From: Flectonema sp. DT1601
Lineage: Eukaryota
DNA length: 64,000 nt
Direction of reading: 5' to 3'
Assembly: GCA_964019425.1 (NCBI GenBank)
Contig: OZ025785.1
Span: forward strand, 868,001-932,000
The position numbers were made by a program, and so were the translations under genes. Below are positions 37,300-49,212 of the stretch, piece by piece. The notes under the pieces are model-generated. The model was given only the letters and a program-made list of their open reading frames with translations, was not told where the DNA came from and ran no database searches. Position 1 is the first letter of the stretch. Each line of letters starts with the position of its first letter.

Positions 37300-37805
37300 T
37301 ACCAAACGTCCCCAAAGTAGAAGAGTAAGTGCGGAGAGCAAAATCATGCAACAAAGAGAGAAAGAAAAGAAATCCCTAATGGCATTTAAACAGACATGCA
37401 AAAGAATGAAAAAGATAGAGTGAAAGCAGGAAAAAGAATTGTTATAAAAGAACGAGAATCGCGCTTTCTAGCCAACAAAGCAAAAAAGCGAGAGCGAGAG
37501 GAATCCGAAAAAAAATATCACATAAAGCATAAATTTTGGCTCCACCAATAGAAATGATCTATCAATCATCGAAGCAACTTGTTATTAGTACACAGGGAGA
37601 GACAATAAATTGGTTTTACGAGGTATTAAGAAATAGTTGTGTATAAACTTATTACTGTTTGTTTTTTTATTACAACAACAAGAATAAAATAGTGCTACAA
37701 ATATTTCGCAGCTCTCGATTCGTCTACTCGCCTGCTTCGGTACTCTCTTCGTATATTGCATTACAGCAACATGAATGTGAATTACAGTATGTAATTTCAC
37801 TATAG

Positions 37806-38072
37806 CTAGATGTGTACTTCCGGATATTCAGCGCTCGCAGTAGCAGATTCACATTCGGTCTTTCCAACTTGGTCAGTCATTTCTTTATTGCTGTCTGTTT
37901 TTGTACCTTTAGTCGATTTCTTTAAATCCTCATTATCGACGTATCGGAGAGGTGACATTCCTCTGATCTTTGCTGTGCGTGATGCCTTTTTCCATTCCTG
38001 AATTAAGGTATATCCTAAAAATAGGAGCAACGCCGACCATCCAACGATCAGCATTTGAATGTTTTGTTCCAT
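37806..38072 (-). CDS. Small single-pass membrane protein
   Basis: 88-aa ORF with an N-terminal hydrophobic helix (MLIVGWSALLLFLGYTLI) and a charged tail; same strand as the cluster. Confidence 0.6.
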   Translation of the reverse strand: MEQNIQMLIVGWSALLLFLGYTLIQEWKKASRTAKIRGMSPLRYVDNEDLKKSTKGTKTDSNKEMTDQVGKTECESATASAEYPEVHI

Positions 38073-38369
38073 GCCGATCTGATAGTTACTGTGAGGGAGG
38101 AAAATAAAATTAAAAAAGGGTAAGCGAGGTAACTGTCAAACATAAAAAAAAAAACTACTAAAACATCAAAGCAGTCCACTGAAGACTATGTCTCAGTGTG
38201 TTTACTGCCGCAATAGAATTCTACCCACGTCGAAGCGATCGTGGAAACAGAAGTCTCACCTTTGAGAATGATTTATTACCTCAGCAGGTTCAAATATCGA
38301 ATACGACATCAAATCGCAGAGAGTAGTCAGGACACAAGTTAAGAAACAATCAAATCCTGTTTTTATGAA

Positions 38370-38930
38370 CTACTTTGAGCCGTCAAGTCCAAGTTCTTGT
38401 TGTTTCTTTGTTGCAGCTGCAAGTTGCTCTTCTGTCGGTCCAGGAACATTCTTCCAACGCTCAGTTGTGAATGGAAATGGCAGAAACCATTGAGTGAGCC
38501 CATCTTCGTATACTTTTGATCTTCGGATTTCCCAACGTTTGTCATCAAAGTCTTGGGTTGCTTCTGCTAACATCTCTGGATTTGATTTCATCATTTCACG
38601 GTTTGTTAAAACTTCATTTCTTGTTAATATGTATCGTCTTCCAAACGTTACTATAAATAACACCGATAGGATCCACCCCCCGAGACGTAGTGGAGATAAA
38701 TCAGTCTGTTGTTTTTTTTATATTATGTTTTTTTTTTTTTTTTTTAAAATAATTTCAGAAAAAAGGGGAGGAAAAAAAAAAAGTTTAAAAAAATCAAATA
38801 CCGATTTAAAAAGGTTATATTTCGGTCGATCACTGTCTCTAATGTCATCGTTTCCCATCATTTGCCATCTTCTCGAGGTCATTGCCATCGGAAGTTTGCG
38901 AGTTATAGCTACCCTCGAAAGAACACGCAT
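38370..38930 (-). CDS. Small membrane protein, probably mitochondrial (exons 38930-38802, 38705-38370)
   Basis: Arg-rich presequence-like N-terminus MRVLSRVAITRKL. Intron 38706-38801 (GTATTT...CAACAG) joins two track ORFs in frame: NLFKS|TDLSPLRLGGWILSVLFIVTFG. Confidence 0.8.
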
Positions 38931-39241
38931 GATATTAATGCCAAAAAAAAAAAGGGAGTTTTCTTCTGTTAGGGGAAGAGATTTATATTGACCACGTTTA
39001 CATTTACTACCTATTTGATTTTCTATCTCAATAAGGAAATATATAAAAAAAAAAGGTCATGTAAGCGCAATGTGACGGGCCATCCCCCCCAGCAAGCTCC
39101 CTGTTTAAAATAAATATTTGTTATCAGTCAGGTATTGTTTATTTTTAAGTAATCTAAGGGGGAAATAATTAACTTCAAAATATTCTATACTGTACTACAC
39201 CGAGGGAAGCACTAAGGAGAGCAACAGGCAGGTTAAAAAGG

Positions 39242-41362
39242 TTAGAAATGCTGCAAGGCAGTTTTATAGTTTCGCTCTTCTCGCATGATGCCGGCTTTGA
39301 CCATTGCAAGCTTCTTTTTGATTGCGAATGCCTGAGATTGGGTAGCAGTAGGAAGCTGAGACTCGAGATCGTCTTTCTCTGTGTTGAGGTATTGTAAAGC
39401 TTTCTTATAATCATCATCTGCAGCAGTACGTGTTCTCACTGATCCAATACGAGTAGCAGAAGCCTCAGGAAGTGCTGCAGGTTCTGATGGCTTAGGAAGC
39501 GGATGAGGATCTTCAGTAATGTACGCAGTCTCAGATGTTAGAGTTCCCTGAAAGTATTGTCGTAGAGTTGGTGGCTTTGATTCGTGAGGGAAATGATATT
39601 CACCCTCCCCATGAAGAACATCACACTCCCAAATACAACTAAGCCTTGACCCCTCAGGGTATTTCATAGTACCTGGTCCATTCTTTAATCCATTATCAAA
39701 CTCACCAGTAAAGATTTCACCATTTCTTGTAATCAGAACTCCATGTCCATGCCAACGATCATCGAGGTAGTTACCCTTGTAAGAAGTACCATCTTTGAGA
39801 CTCTCCTCTCCAAATCCGTTTCTCTTTCCTTCTAAGAAGGATCCTTGATAAGATGAACCATCACTAAATTCTAATCTTCCCTTATGATGATATTTTCCGT
39901 GTGAAAACCCCCCAGTGTAGGAATCACCATTTGTAAACTTTATCGTCCCAGCGCCGTCCTTTTCATTGTTTTGAAAACCACCCTGGTAGTGATACACGCC
40001 ATATTTAATTTCAATTCCATTACCTTGTTTTACTCCGTGAACCCAATTCCCTTCATAAGTATCACTAGTTTCTGCTGTGTACCACGTTCCCATACCATGG
40101 AATGAGCTGGATACGAAGCCGCCTTGGTAGTAATCTCCATTATCCATGTCTAATCTGCCTTGTCCTTGGTACTTTCCAGATATGAATTTACCTCTGTAGG
40201 TATGTTGTGGTCGCTGTGTGAATCCTTCTCCTTCGAAAAGTCCATTTAAAAATTCCCCTTCGTAGTAAAATTCCTTTTCAGGATCGATATATGTATACAT
40301 TCCCTTACCAGTAAGCTCACCATTTAACCAAGATCCGACATAAACGTTAGATTCAAATGTAGCTGTGCCTTGTCCATTTGGTGATCCCGCTTGAAATGAT
40401 CCCTCGTAGCTGAAAGTATTCGAAACAACTGAAAGTTCTCCAGTCAGCATGTCTGGGAGTTGGAAGTGGGCGTTAGTGTGAGTTAGGCTACCTTGACCTT
40501 CATACTTCGACTCCTTAAAGTATCCCTCATACCACCATACACCTTTTACATCCTCTAGTCTTCCCTTTCCTGATCTGTGTCCTTGATCAAACTGTCCAGT
40601 ATATAACCAGTCTGAGGTAGTCATGGAACCACTTCCATTCTTTTTATTATTTTTCCAGTCACCCGTATAAGTCCACTTCTGTGGTAGTTCTCCGGTACCG
40701 TGGCCTTCACGAATCCCAAGTTTCCAAGTTCCAGTGTAAGTTTCTTTCGTCGCAGACCATGTTATTGTACCGACACCATGAGGAGTGCAGTCGGCTGTGT
40801 CTCCAGAGTAGTTGTAGTCTGGGTGACTGACGGTACCTTTGCCGAATGCTTTTCCACGTTGGAATGGACCTCTGTAAATTAGATAAGTGACAGGAGCGTG
40901 GTTGATCATCTTTTTTAGTTCTCCAGATCCTTCCCATTTTGAACGAGACCAACTGCCGTTATAGATATCACCTGAGGTTAGGTAAGTTGCTGTTCCCGTA
41001 CCGCAGTATTGGTCTTCCTTAAAGTTGCCTTCGTAGTCGAGAACGCCTGGAATTGATTCTTTGCCTGATCCGGTTTTCTTATCATCAACCCAATCACCTG
41101 TGTATGTTCTACCAGTTTTATATTTGCATATTCCTTTGCCGTGTCGCTTGCCGTTGGACATGTCTCCTTCATACTCGTAGTCAACTTCTTTAAGAAGCCC
41201 CTTCCCACTCATTACGCCTTTTACCCATCGTCCGTTGTACTCACACTGTCCTTGATTCCAAGTGTATTTTCCTTTTCCGTGTTTCACTCCATTTTCAATC
41301 GCTTCACCAACGTAACGATCTCCGTTTGGATAATTCTTTGTAAAATCATAAGTTCCAAACAT
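39242..41362 (-). CDS. MORN repeat protein
   Basis: More than 20 YxGxW/FxxGxxHGxG repeats and a short C-terminal coiled coil. Confidence 0.93.
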   Translation of the reverse strand: MFGTYDFTKNYPNGDRYVGEAIENGVKHGKGKYTWNQGQCEYNGRWVKGVMSGKGLLKEVDYEYEGDMSNGKRHGKGICKYKTGRTYTGDWVDDKKTGSGKESIPGVLDYEGNFKEDQYCGTGTATYLTSGDIYNGSWSRSKWEGSGELKKMINHAPVTYLIYRGPFQRGKAFGKGTVSHPDYNYSGDTADCTPHGVGTITWSATKETYTGTWKLGIREGHGTGELPQKWTYTGDWKNNKKNGSGSMTTSDWLYTGQFDQGHRSGKGRLEDVKGVWWYEGYFKESKYEGQGSLTHTNAHFQLPDMLTGELSVVSNTFSYEGSFQAGSPNGQGTATFESNVYVGSWLNGELTGKGMYTYIDPEKEFYYEGEFLNGLFEGEGFTQRPQHTYRGKFISGKYQGQGRLDMDNGDYYQGGFVSSSFHGMGTWYTAETSDTYEGNWVHGVKQGNGIEIKYGVYHYQGGFQNNEKDGAGTIKFTNGDSYTGGFSHGKYHHKGRLEFSDGSSYQGSFLEGKRNGFGEESLKDGTSYKGNYLDDRWHGHGVLITRNGEIFTGEFDNGLKNGPGTMKYPEGSRLSCIWECDVLHGEGEYHFPHESKPPTLRQYFQGTLTSETAYITEDPHPLPKPSEPAALPEASATRIGSVRTRTAADDDYKKALQYLNTEKDDLESQLPTATQSQAFAIKKKLAMVKAGIMREERNYKTALQHF

Positions 41363-41615
41363 GTTTTAGTTAAGAACTGTTTTTATATAATTACAATGAA
41401 AAAAAGAAGAATCTTTATAAAATATAAAAAAGGAATTCCCTCTTCTGATCACCATCATCGACAGACATGTGTTGCTCTGATATAAAATATGATAACCAAA
41501 AAAAAGATGAATCCATTAAATTAGATACTACTTCAAGTATAAGGTTAGAAATGAAATATCTACTCGGAAACGATCCGTAGCTGTCTCTGACAAAGTATAT
41601 TTAGTACAATGAGAT

Positions 41616-41909
41616 TCATCCCATAGAAGGAGTTTTGCTAACAGATATCGTTATTTCTCTTTTTTCATAGTATGCGAGTAAATTTCTTAGCTGTTGGTTC
41701 AAGGGAGGAGTGAACATTTCTTTTCCCATATCTCTACCTCCGGGAACCAAAGCATAGTGCACTGGTGATTGCTGGTCTTCAGTTCGTAATGCTCCTACGT
41801 AAGTTCGCATTACATTCAACATTGTAGCTGTCTCAGGGAACTCCAATTTATCAATTTTTGGTAAACCCTGATTAGGTTCGAGGATCACTTGTACTTTTTT
41901 CGGTGGCAT
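41616..41909 (-). CDS. ATG12-like ubiquitin-fold protein
   Basis: 97 aa; KVQVILEP..LP at the start, FTPPLNQQLRNL resembling the ATG12 F-x-P-x-P-D motif, terminal strand ITISVS and a free C-terminal Gly. Confidence 0.6.
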   Translation of the reverse strand: MPPKKVQVILEPNQGLPKIDKLEFPETATMLNVMRTYVGALRTEDQQSPVHYALVPGGRDMGKEMFTPPLNQQLRNLLAYYEKREITISVSKTPSMG

Positions 41910-41979
41910 TTTTTTTTTTTTTAAGAGGAATTCTTAAAAACAAATATTAAAAAAAAAAAAAAGCGCAGGAGATAACATT

Positions 41980-42040
41980 TTGACATAATAAGTAAACGGG
42001 CTCTTAATCTGAAATAGTTTCTTCTCCGACTTCGTCGGTT
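41980..42040. repeat. Dispersed intergenic repeat, partial copy C
   Basis: AACGGGCTCTTAATCTGAAATAGTTTCTTCTCCGACTTCGTCGG followed by poly-A; aligns with 45428-45470 and 4648-4669. Confidence 0.6.
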
Positions 42041-42240
42041 CAAAAAAAAAAAAAAAAAATGGTTTCATGGGCGGTTTTATATTGACTTTCTTTATAATTT
42101 TCATTCAAACCACTAGCAGTCACTAGCAGTGAAATCAACTCAAAAAAAAAGAGAAAAAAAACACAACACAAACACATACAGCTAATAAATAAGTGAAAAA
42201 TTAAATTAACACGACAGACAAAATCAAACGTCTTTGTACC

Positions 42241-42292
<52 letters not shown>

Positions 42293-42373
42293 ATTCAGAG
42301 AGCTAACGCTGAATAATCACAAGAACTAAACAGAATAACAAATATGTTCGTTTTTTTGATGAGGAGTTTCTCC

Positions 42374-42737
42374 CTATGCACCTCCACTAGCAAGTTTTTT
42401 ACTTGTTTTATCAACTGCAATGAATTGAGCAGGCCTGTATCTGAGAATTGGCTTTGTGTACACTCCTCTACCGCGAGTAATAACCGAATAACAAAGCGTT
42501 GCAAGAAAGAATAGAAAAGTGAGCGCACCCATAACGATACCGATAATGTGTACGGCAGGTAGACTGCGGTCTTCTCTGCTAGAGTCCTGTTTGATTAGAG
42601 AAATAATAAACTAAATCGATCCAACCACAGAACACGTAATTTCACATATGACATACCTCGAAAACAGTAACAACAAACTCATACATCCTCTTCTTGAGGT
42701 CATCGGTGTCCGAATATGTAGGTACTGGTGCAGCCAT
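42374..42737 (-). CDS. Small single-pass membrane protein, 97 aa, not in ORF track (exons 42737-42657, 42586-42374)
   Basis: MAAPVPTYSDTDDLKKRMYEFVVTVFE|DSSREDRSLPAVHIIGIVMGALTFLFFLATLCYSVITRGRG...GGA*; phase-0 intron 42587-42656 (GTATGT...CAAACAG). Confidence 0.8.
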
Positions 42738-42895
42738 ATTTAGTCTTTTTCACTGTAGTTGAAGATAGGGTCGTGTGGAATAATCAAACGAAGAGCTTTA
42801 ATGACACTCTGCACACTGGTAAACATATAACTCAATTCTAAGAAAAAGTAAGAGCTTCACTGGAAAAAAAAAAGCTAGTAGAAGCTTTAGTTAAA

Positions 42896-42933
<38 letters not shown>

Positions 42934-43477
42934 CAGAACACCGAAGCAACAAAAGATTTCTTATGAGTGTATTCGTGACTTGAGAACTCAGAACCACGTG
43001 GTTAAAAAAAAAAAAAAAACCGACTCAAAGTTTGTGAACTACTGAATTAACCAACTTTGGTATTAAAAAAAAAAAAAAAAAAGTAAACTATCGGTAGGTT
43101 TAAAGAATAAGTCTCCTGTACCTCCATTATCGTTATCTTTTATTTACGTTGTCTTAATTATTTGTTACAACAAAACCAAAACAAAAAAAAAAAGAGAAAT
43201 ACATCTTCACATCTTCGTAGGCCATGAATGCTTTCACTGAGAGTTGCCTTTTTACCAGAAATAAATAAAAAAACCCCAAACAACGAAGAACGTAATGATA
43301 TGAAAGAGAAGAGAAATAATAATAATAAGTATAAGGGGAAAATTTTGTTTGTGCAAGAAACCGTGAACCGACTTAAACCGATAAAGCTAAAGGAGGTTTA
43401 CGTGTGCTGCCAACATTCTTTTTCGTTCTTACAATACTTGTTAAATGCAAAAAAAAAAAAGGGGGAAAATTGTCTCA

Positions 43478-44461
43478 TCAGAGGTTCATGACGTTTTTTC
43501 TCTGATTCAATGAAGTTAATTTTCGAAACTGTTTTGCGTAGTCTCCGACTAGGTTAGGATTTCCCTTATAAAATAAGTATTTACCAACAGATGTTACACT
43601 GGGTAAACCGTTGAGATCAATAGTTGTTAATTGTTCACACACTCCTAAGAACGAATCCCCGATAGTTGTTAGTTTTGGAAGGTAAAGATTAGGCAGTCTG
43701 GTTAATGACGTGCAATCAAATAAGAACCCATCAGCAATCGACTTTAAGCTAACCAACGGTGATAAGTCTATTTCTTTCAAACCTGTACAGCCACTTAAAA
43801 AGTCACATCCAATTGATTCTAATTTTCCCAACCCTGAAAAGTCAAGCGCGTTAAGACACCTACACGATGCTAAAAATGAATTTCCAATTTTTTCAACATT
43901 CGTAAAAGCTGATAAATTAACATGAGTAAGGTAGTTGCTGTAGATGCAAAACCCGTTTCCAATTCTCTTGACGTTGTTAAAACCAGAGAACGTAACCATT
44001 TCTAGTTTGCACATAAGCAAGACTTCAGATGATATTTCCTCTACTTTGTCACCATACACAAAAGCAACACATGCTACGGTAGTGGGTAATGATGTTGAGT
44101 CAACTTCCAAAGAAGATAATCTGGTAAATGTCGTACTGTCGAGATGGCAATACCTCTCAGGATGTGTATGAAAGAAAGTCCACAACATGCTATGCTCTCT
44201 CTCTAAATCATTTTTCGAAAATACTATTTTATCTTTTGCGACTGCAATCAGTTCATCGTTACACTTAACTCCATGAGATGAAACTCGACTTCCTAAAGGA
44301 AGGATGTTGCCTTCGTAAGATAAGTCAATTTTTCCAACATCTACATTCCATTCGTTTGCAGAAGTCTGGATCAAGTCATCAACGAGAGTATTCGTGTTCA
44401 CATCAGTTATTAAATTTTGAAATGCCGTATCCGGAAACACGACATTTACCTCTATTGACAT
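43478..44461 (-). CDS. Ubiquitin-like domain + BspA-like leucine-rich repeat protein
   Basis: N-terminal UBL pattern (IEVNVVFP...IDLSYEGNIL...GVKCNDELIA); repeats of the form LxxIGxxFLxxCxxLxxIDL. Confidence 0.85.
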   Translation of the reverse strand: MSIEVNVVFPDTAFQNLITDVNTNTLVDDLIQTSANEWNVDVGKIDLSYEGNILPLGSRVSSHGVKCNDELIAVAKDKIVFSKNDLEREHSMLWTFFHTHPERYCHLDSTTFTRLSSLEVDSTSLPTTVACVAFVYGDKVEEISSEVLLMCKLEMVTFSGFNNVKRIGNGFCIYSNYLTHVNLSAFTNVEKIGNSFLASCRCLNALDFSGLGKLESIGCDFLSGCTGLKEIDLSPLVSLKSIADGFLFDCTSLTRLPNLYLPKLTTIGDSFLGVCEQLTTIDLNGLPSVTSVGKYLFYKGNPNLVGDYAKQFRKLTSLNQRKNVMNL

Positions 44462-44677
44462 GATGTTCTTTTTGTTAAAACTTTAAAAAGAAGAAACACA
44501 TAATGTGACATAAGAAGAATAAATAATAGCTGGCAAGCTCTAACCCAACTTCATAAGGATACGTGTAAGTAGAAACATATAAAAGACAAATGTCAATAAT
44601 ATTGTACTCTCTTGATAAGTACAACAGAGAACCAATCTCTTAATAATTAATTAAATAAAAACTATTTATTAAAAAGG

Positions 44678-45181
44678 TCACAGAATAATTCTGTGTGGTG
44701 GTGTCGGTGGTCTTGCATTGTAATTCCGCAAGTTGCGCTGCTGCAACAGATCCCAATCTCTAAAACAGTGCCGTCTCTTTGCTTCGATGAATTCAGCGAG
44801 TGACTCAGGTGGACGAGGGCGTCTCGGAGTGAAGAATTCAGATGGAGATTTCGAAACAGGCGGTGATGGTGGTGGGACAGGTTTTATAAAAATGCTCTCT
44901 GGAACATCCGTTTGCGTCGATGAAGTAACCAATTTCGGTGGTTGATATCGCTGTTGAGATCTAACTGATACACTACTTCGTTTAGACTGAGCTGTGACAG
45001 GTCTTCTTGAGATTCTACAATAGATTCCTCTACTGGCATTTAATGCTCTCGTTGATATCGATCTCAACACTATCTGAACATCTCTTTCAGTCATGACATC
45101 GTTAAGTGTCCTTCCCCTCCTTGAATGGTATTCTTGATTTCCTAATGGTGTCCATGCTCTTCGTCGATGTCGATTATTCAT
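44678..45181 (-). CDS. Hypothetical Arg/Pro-rich protein
   Basis: 167-aa ORF on the cluster strand, preceded by TTTCTCAG (candidate acceptor) at about 45193. Confidence 0.6.
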   Translation of the reverse strand: MNNRHRRRAWTPLGNQEYHSRRGRTLNDVMTERDVQIVLRSISTRALNASRGIYCRISRRPVTAQSKRSSVSVRSQQRYQPPKLVTSSTQTDVPESIFIKPVPPPSPPVSKSPSEFFTPRRPRPPESLAEFIEAKRRHCFRDWDLLQQRNLRNYNARPPTPPHRIIL

Positions 45182-45310
45182 CTCATTCTTACCTGAGAAA
45201 TAATTAAAATAAAAACATCACAAATAAAAAAACATTGTGTTATAAATAAATAAAAATATTGAATACATAATAGGGTTTTGGGTGATGACATTGAGAAAGG
45301 GAAGTACACG

Positions 45311-45349
<39 letters not shown>

Positions 45350-45375
45350 ATTCAGATTAGCCTTATACTTCGTTT

Positions 45376-45470
45376 GAACGCAGACAGAATCCTGTCGCAC
45401 AGAGGAATATAAGTCACAAAAAGAAATAACGGCTTTTTTTTATCTAAATAGTTTTTTCTCTTCTCCGACT
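45376..45470. repeat. Dispersed intergenic repeat, copy B
   Basis: GAACGCAGACAGAATCCTGTCGCAC...AAATAGTTTTTTCTCTTCTCCGACT followed by poly-A. Confidence 0.7.
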
Positions 45471-45637
45471 ACAAAAAAAAAAAAAAAAAAAAAAAAATAC
45501 AATAATAATCTAAAAATAATTAACTTATAACGATTTACTATTATGATCAGAAGAAATAATTTCTACGTAAATGGAGTCATAGTGACATCACAGATGAGTT
45601 TCAGAAACCTAATGAAAGATTTCGTAGATGAGTTTTG

Positions 45638-47503
45638 TTAAAGTGCTCGTAGCGACCCCCACGTTGCTACTGCTGCTCTCAGTTGTTGACTAAATTCGTA
45701 TTCTTCATTCTCTTTATAAATTAACAACGACGATACTAATGACTCAAACTGTGCATGACTTTTTGGAGACAAGAAAAATGAACCCTCACCAGTTGATACA
45801 TAAATAGTGAGTGCTGCTACCTGTTGGTGAATATCTATCAATCTGATAGCCGACCAACGTAAAACATGTTCCGCATCGTGAGAAGTCAATACAATAAAAT
45901 TAGGTTCCAATCGCAGTCTAAAAGGTTTCGGACTTGGATCGACTACCAACGAATCGTATTGAATGATTGTCGCAAATCTTAAGTAGTTTTTTATACAATT
46001 TAAACTTGATTGTAGAAGAACTCTTAACGTCTGACCTACAGCTGTCAGTTTATCTTTATAAGTGTATTCCTCCACTACAATAGAACCAGTAGTGTGACTG
46101 ACTATGATACAGTCTGACGTTACATTTATGTTTCGTATTTCGGATGCGAGGAGATCAACGTGGGGTTGCTGACTATCAACTTTACTAAAGAATGTTAAAG
46201 TAGATCCTGGTACCACTCTAACACAGTAATGAGTGAGAGCCTTATTACTATCAAAAGAGACTGTTAGGTCCTCAAATTGCATCATTGAAACTTCAGCTGA
46301 CAGAGCTGGACCAAAACCAGTAACCCCAACAGAAGTTATCGGCGGAGGTGAGAACGACTTAGTTAGTTGAACAGGTGCTGCCACAGCCTCAATAGACGTC
46401 AATGACAGCTGTATTTTCCGTGAAGGACTAATTGCTATTGCGGTGTCACTTTGTTGGTTTGAATACACTCCCACGGGTACTACAGGAACTGCTTCAATAT
46501 GTCTAGGGCTTACTCGAGGAGTTATCGCCACTGCAGGTATTAATTTACTTTTCAACTGTTCTCTTAACGGACTCACATCCCTAGTGTCATGGACGTTACT
46601 TTGATTATTTAATATTAATTTATAAATTTCATTTATTTGTTTTAGTCTATCGTGTTTACTACGAGGGACTGTAGAAACAGTTTGAACATTTGCCTGTGCT
46701 ACTATCCGAAATGTTTCTCTAAAGTCTGCTGAGTGGCCGACATTGATACGGAGATTTTCAAGTCTTGACTCCCATTCGGTTATCTGTTGTCGTTGGGGTG
46801 TTTTTTTAATAAAACAAAATCAAACAGAATAATAATAACTTCTACGAAGTATCAATTGATGGCATACCTGAGTATTAATTTCTAATTGTCGTCGTCTCAG
46901 GACGTCAAGTTCAAGCATTGATTCCATGCTAGAGAAGTGTTGTGTAGCTTCCTCAACAGAAAGGTCGAGTGATGATAGGATCTCACGAGAGTTCGTTGAA
47001 TCCTTTTGAAGAGCAACAACAGCAGCAACATTCGTCCGATGCTCTTCTTCAAGCGCAGCAACTGTAGAAGAAAGTTTTGCTGTTTCTGATTTCTGAATAT
47101 CAACAGACTCCCGAAGAGACGCAACCTCAGGTCGAAGCTCTTGCAACTGCTCCTCAAACTGAAAAATCTCTTGATTGACATTATCGAGTTCCATACTTTG
47201 AATATTTGTATTGCTACTTCCCTCAAGTAGAGCTCTTCTTGCAGTTCTGAGGTCATCATTTATTTCAGTTAATGTTCTTAGCTGAGCTTGTAATTCCGTT
47301 TCGTGTGTTGCCCATTTTGAAGCGATTTCACTGCTTTGACTTAATACCTGCTCTTGAGCTCGTACCCCTGGAGATATGGGAGGTGGGAGGATACCAATAC
47401 CAGTCCCCACTCCTCTTGTTGGCGATACTAATCTCGACGTTGGTTGTGTTGCTGCGATGAATGCCGCTGGGTCAAAAGAGTTCAGCATGAGCTTTAGGTC
47501 CAT
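45638..47503 (-). CDS. Coiled-coil protein with possible C-terminal PH-like beta domains (exons 47503-46868, 46783-45638)
   Basis: Intron 46784-46867 (GTATGC...ACAACAG) joins INTQ|ITEWESRLENL, which stays open into ORF 45638..46576. The PH-like call is tentative. Confidence 0.75.
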
Positions 47504-47829
47504 TTTGACCTTCTTAACTCCCCCCACCGAGTCCTGTTATGAAAGTTATGTTTACTTCATCTCAAGTTAGCCAATAGAAGCAGTCGGAAATATATCCTTA
47601 CAAGAAATCAATATAAATAATGATAAGAGATGGGGTGGGTAAATAATTTTATTATTATTATTATTATTATTATTTTGTTTTCGATGAATAGATCATCCTA
47701 CCAAAGTGTAAATATATTTGGAAAATAAGAAAAAAAAAATCTTCAAAACGGTCTCTTCTCCTACTATTTCGATAATTAGGAACTCTTATCTCGAGTCATC
47801 GGATTAATAAAAACAACAAGCAGTCTCAA

Positions 47830-49212
47830 CTACTCTACTAAAATAGATACGTAGCTCTTGAGTAGATCTTCCTCTGGGTAAGAATTTTTAGTTAAAACTA
47901 GGAAACGCCACTCCGAGAGTTTCTTTGGAACGAAATCTTCAGGTGCATACTCACCTCCTTCAGATATGAAATCCTCGTACTTTGGATTATCACCAGTCGT
48001 GAAGGCAGTCGTCGTTATTAATTCATAAAGAGACTCGTCAATCTCCGACATCACTTGCTGAATACGACAAGGAGTACTGTCATCACCAATGTCAACAATA
48101 AAAGGACGTCCTTGTTTTACACTTCCTAATAGTAGTGATAAAAACTTTTTAGGGACCATGTGGTCTGAGGAATCAGCATTACACAGTACTACTCCCTGAT
48201 ATTTTAAGTATGATTTCGCGTTCTCAGTCGGGTCAATTAAAATAGCGCATTTGTTGGTGTTTTTAATATCACTGTTAGAGTCGTTGACGACGTCGGGTAG
48301 ATGGGTAAGATTAATTTTTTGATTTACTTTTAATCCTCCAGACAGTTCGATGTCTCCTTTTCGGATATGTCCGCGGATTTGACTCAACTGGTGTTCAGCA
48401 GTTTCTTTTTTTGTTTTCAATTCTGAAACTTTCTGTTCTGCCTCTTTGATGAGATCTCGTAAAGTAGCCTCAGCCTGTTCGCCTCTTCCATTGCATTTTG
48501 CGTTGTCATATTCGAGGATTCTTGATTCTCTTATGCGAAGAGCTTCCTTCCATTCATTCGACAGATGCTGAACTTCTGATAAGGAATCACATTCTTCGTC
48601 TTTGAGTTGTTTTCTCTGATCGATGTGTTGTTGTTGTTTTACGTTTTCAGTTTCATTAGTATCAGTCTCTCTCTTTTCTAAGATCATAATCGTTTTTGTT
48701 ATATCCCATTTTCTAATAATCTTCTTAACACATTCAGGTACTGGTAGCTCGTCTGGATCCCAATCTCTTCTAATTATTTTTTTCTTTTTTGGAGGATCTG
48801 ACTCAGAGTTATCCTCAAGACTCTGTTCCACCTCCCCCTCAGAGTCAGTTACTTCTTCAAACTCCTGTGGGAGTAATGTTCGAGGATCAGCACCAAGTTC
48901 TAATAAAAGAGGAATTGCTTCTTCGTGTTCATTAAAACAAGATCTGTATAATGGAGTACGACCGTATCGTCCTCTGTGATTAGGGTCAGCTCCCATCTTC
49001 CCGAGAAGTGATATCACGCGAATCGCGTTACCCGCAGCTGCTTCAGATAACGGACTGTACTCATCTGGTGAAAAGATATCTGAAGTTGGATCGATTGGCA
49101 GCTTTGGAGGTCCGCACAATAATTTCTCAACATTCTCAACTTCATCATCAAACGCATTCTCAAGAAGATCTTCATACTTCCGTCTAATATTTTCCTTCTC
49201 ATCCAATGGCAT
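47830..49212 (-). CDS. Ankyrin repeat + coiled-coil protein, IQANK1-like
   Basis: Ankyrin motifs SPLSEAA..GADPN..GRTPLYRSC..GADP; central coiled coil; C-terminal ILIDPTENAKSYLKY / SVKQGRPFIVD. The family call is from memory. Confidence 0.7.
   Translation of the reverse strand: MPLDEKENIRRKYEDLLENAFDDEVENVEKLLCGPPKLPIDPTSDIFSPDEYSPLSEAAAGNAIRVISLLGKMGADPNHRGRYGRTPLYRSCFNEHEEAIPLLLELGADPRTLLPQEFEEVTDSEGEVEQSLEDNSESDPPKKKKIIRRDWDPDELPVPECVKKIIRKWDITKTIMILEKRETDTNETENVKQQQHIDQRKQLKDEECDSLSEVQHLSNEWKEALRIRESRILEYDNAKCNGRGEQAEATLRDLIKEAEQKVSELKTKKETAEHQLSQIRGHIRKGDIELSGGLKVNQKINLTHLPDVVNDSNSDIKNTNKCAILIDPTENAKSYLKYQGVVLCNADSSDHMVPKKFLSLLLGSVKQGRPFIVDIGDDSTPCRIQQVMSEIDESLYELITTTAFTTGDNPKYEDFISEGGEYAPEDFVPKKLSEWRFLVLTKNSYPEEDLLKSYVSILVE

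Noticed and set aside
37295..37555. Plus-strand K/E/R-rich coding-like stretch
   Set aside because: Interrupted by stops and frameshifts; explained by purine-rich composition.
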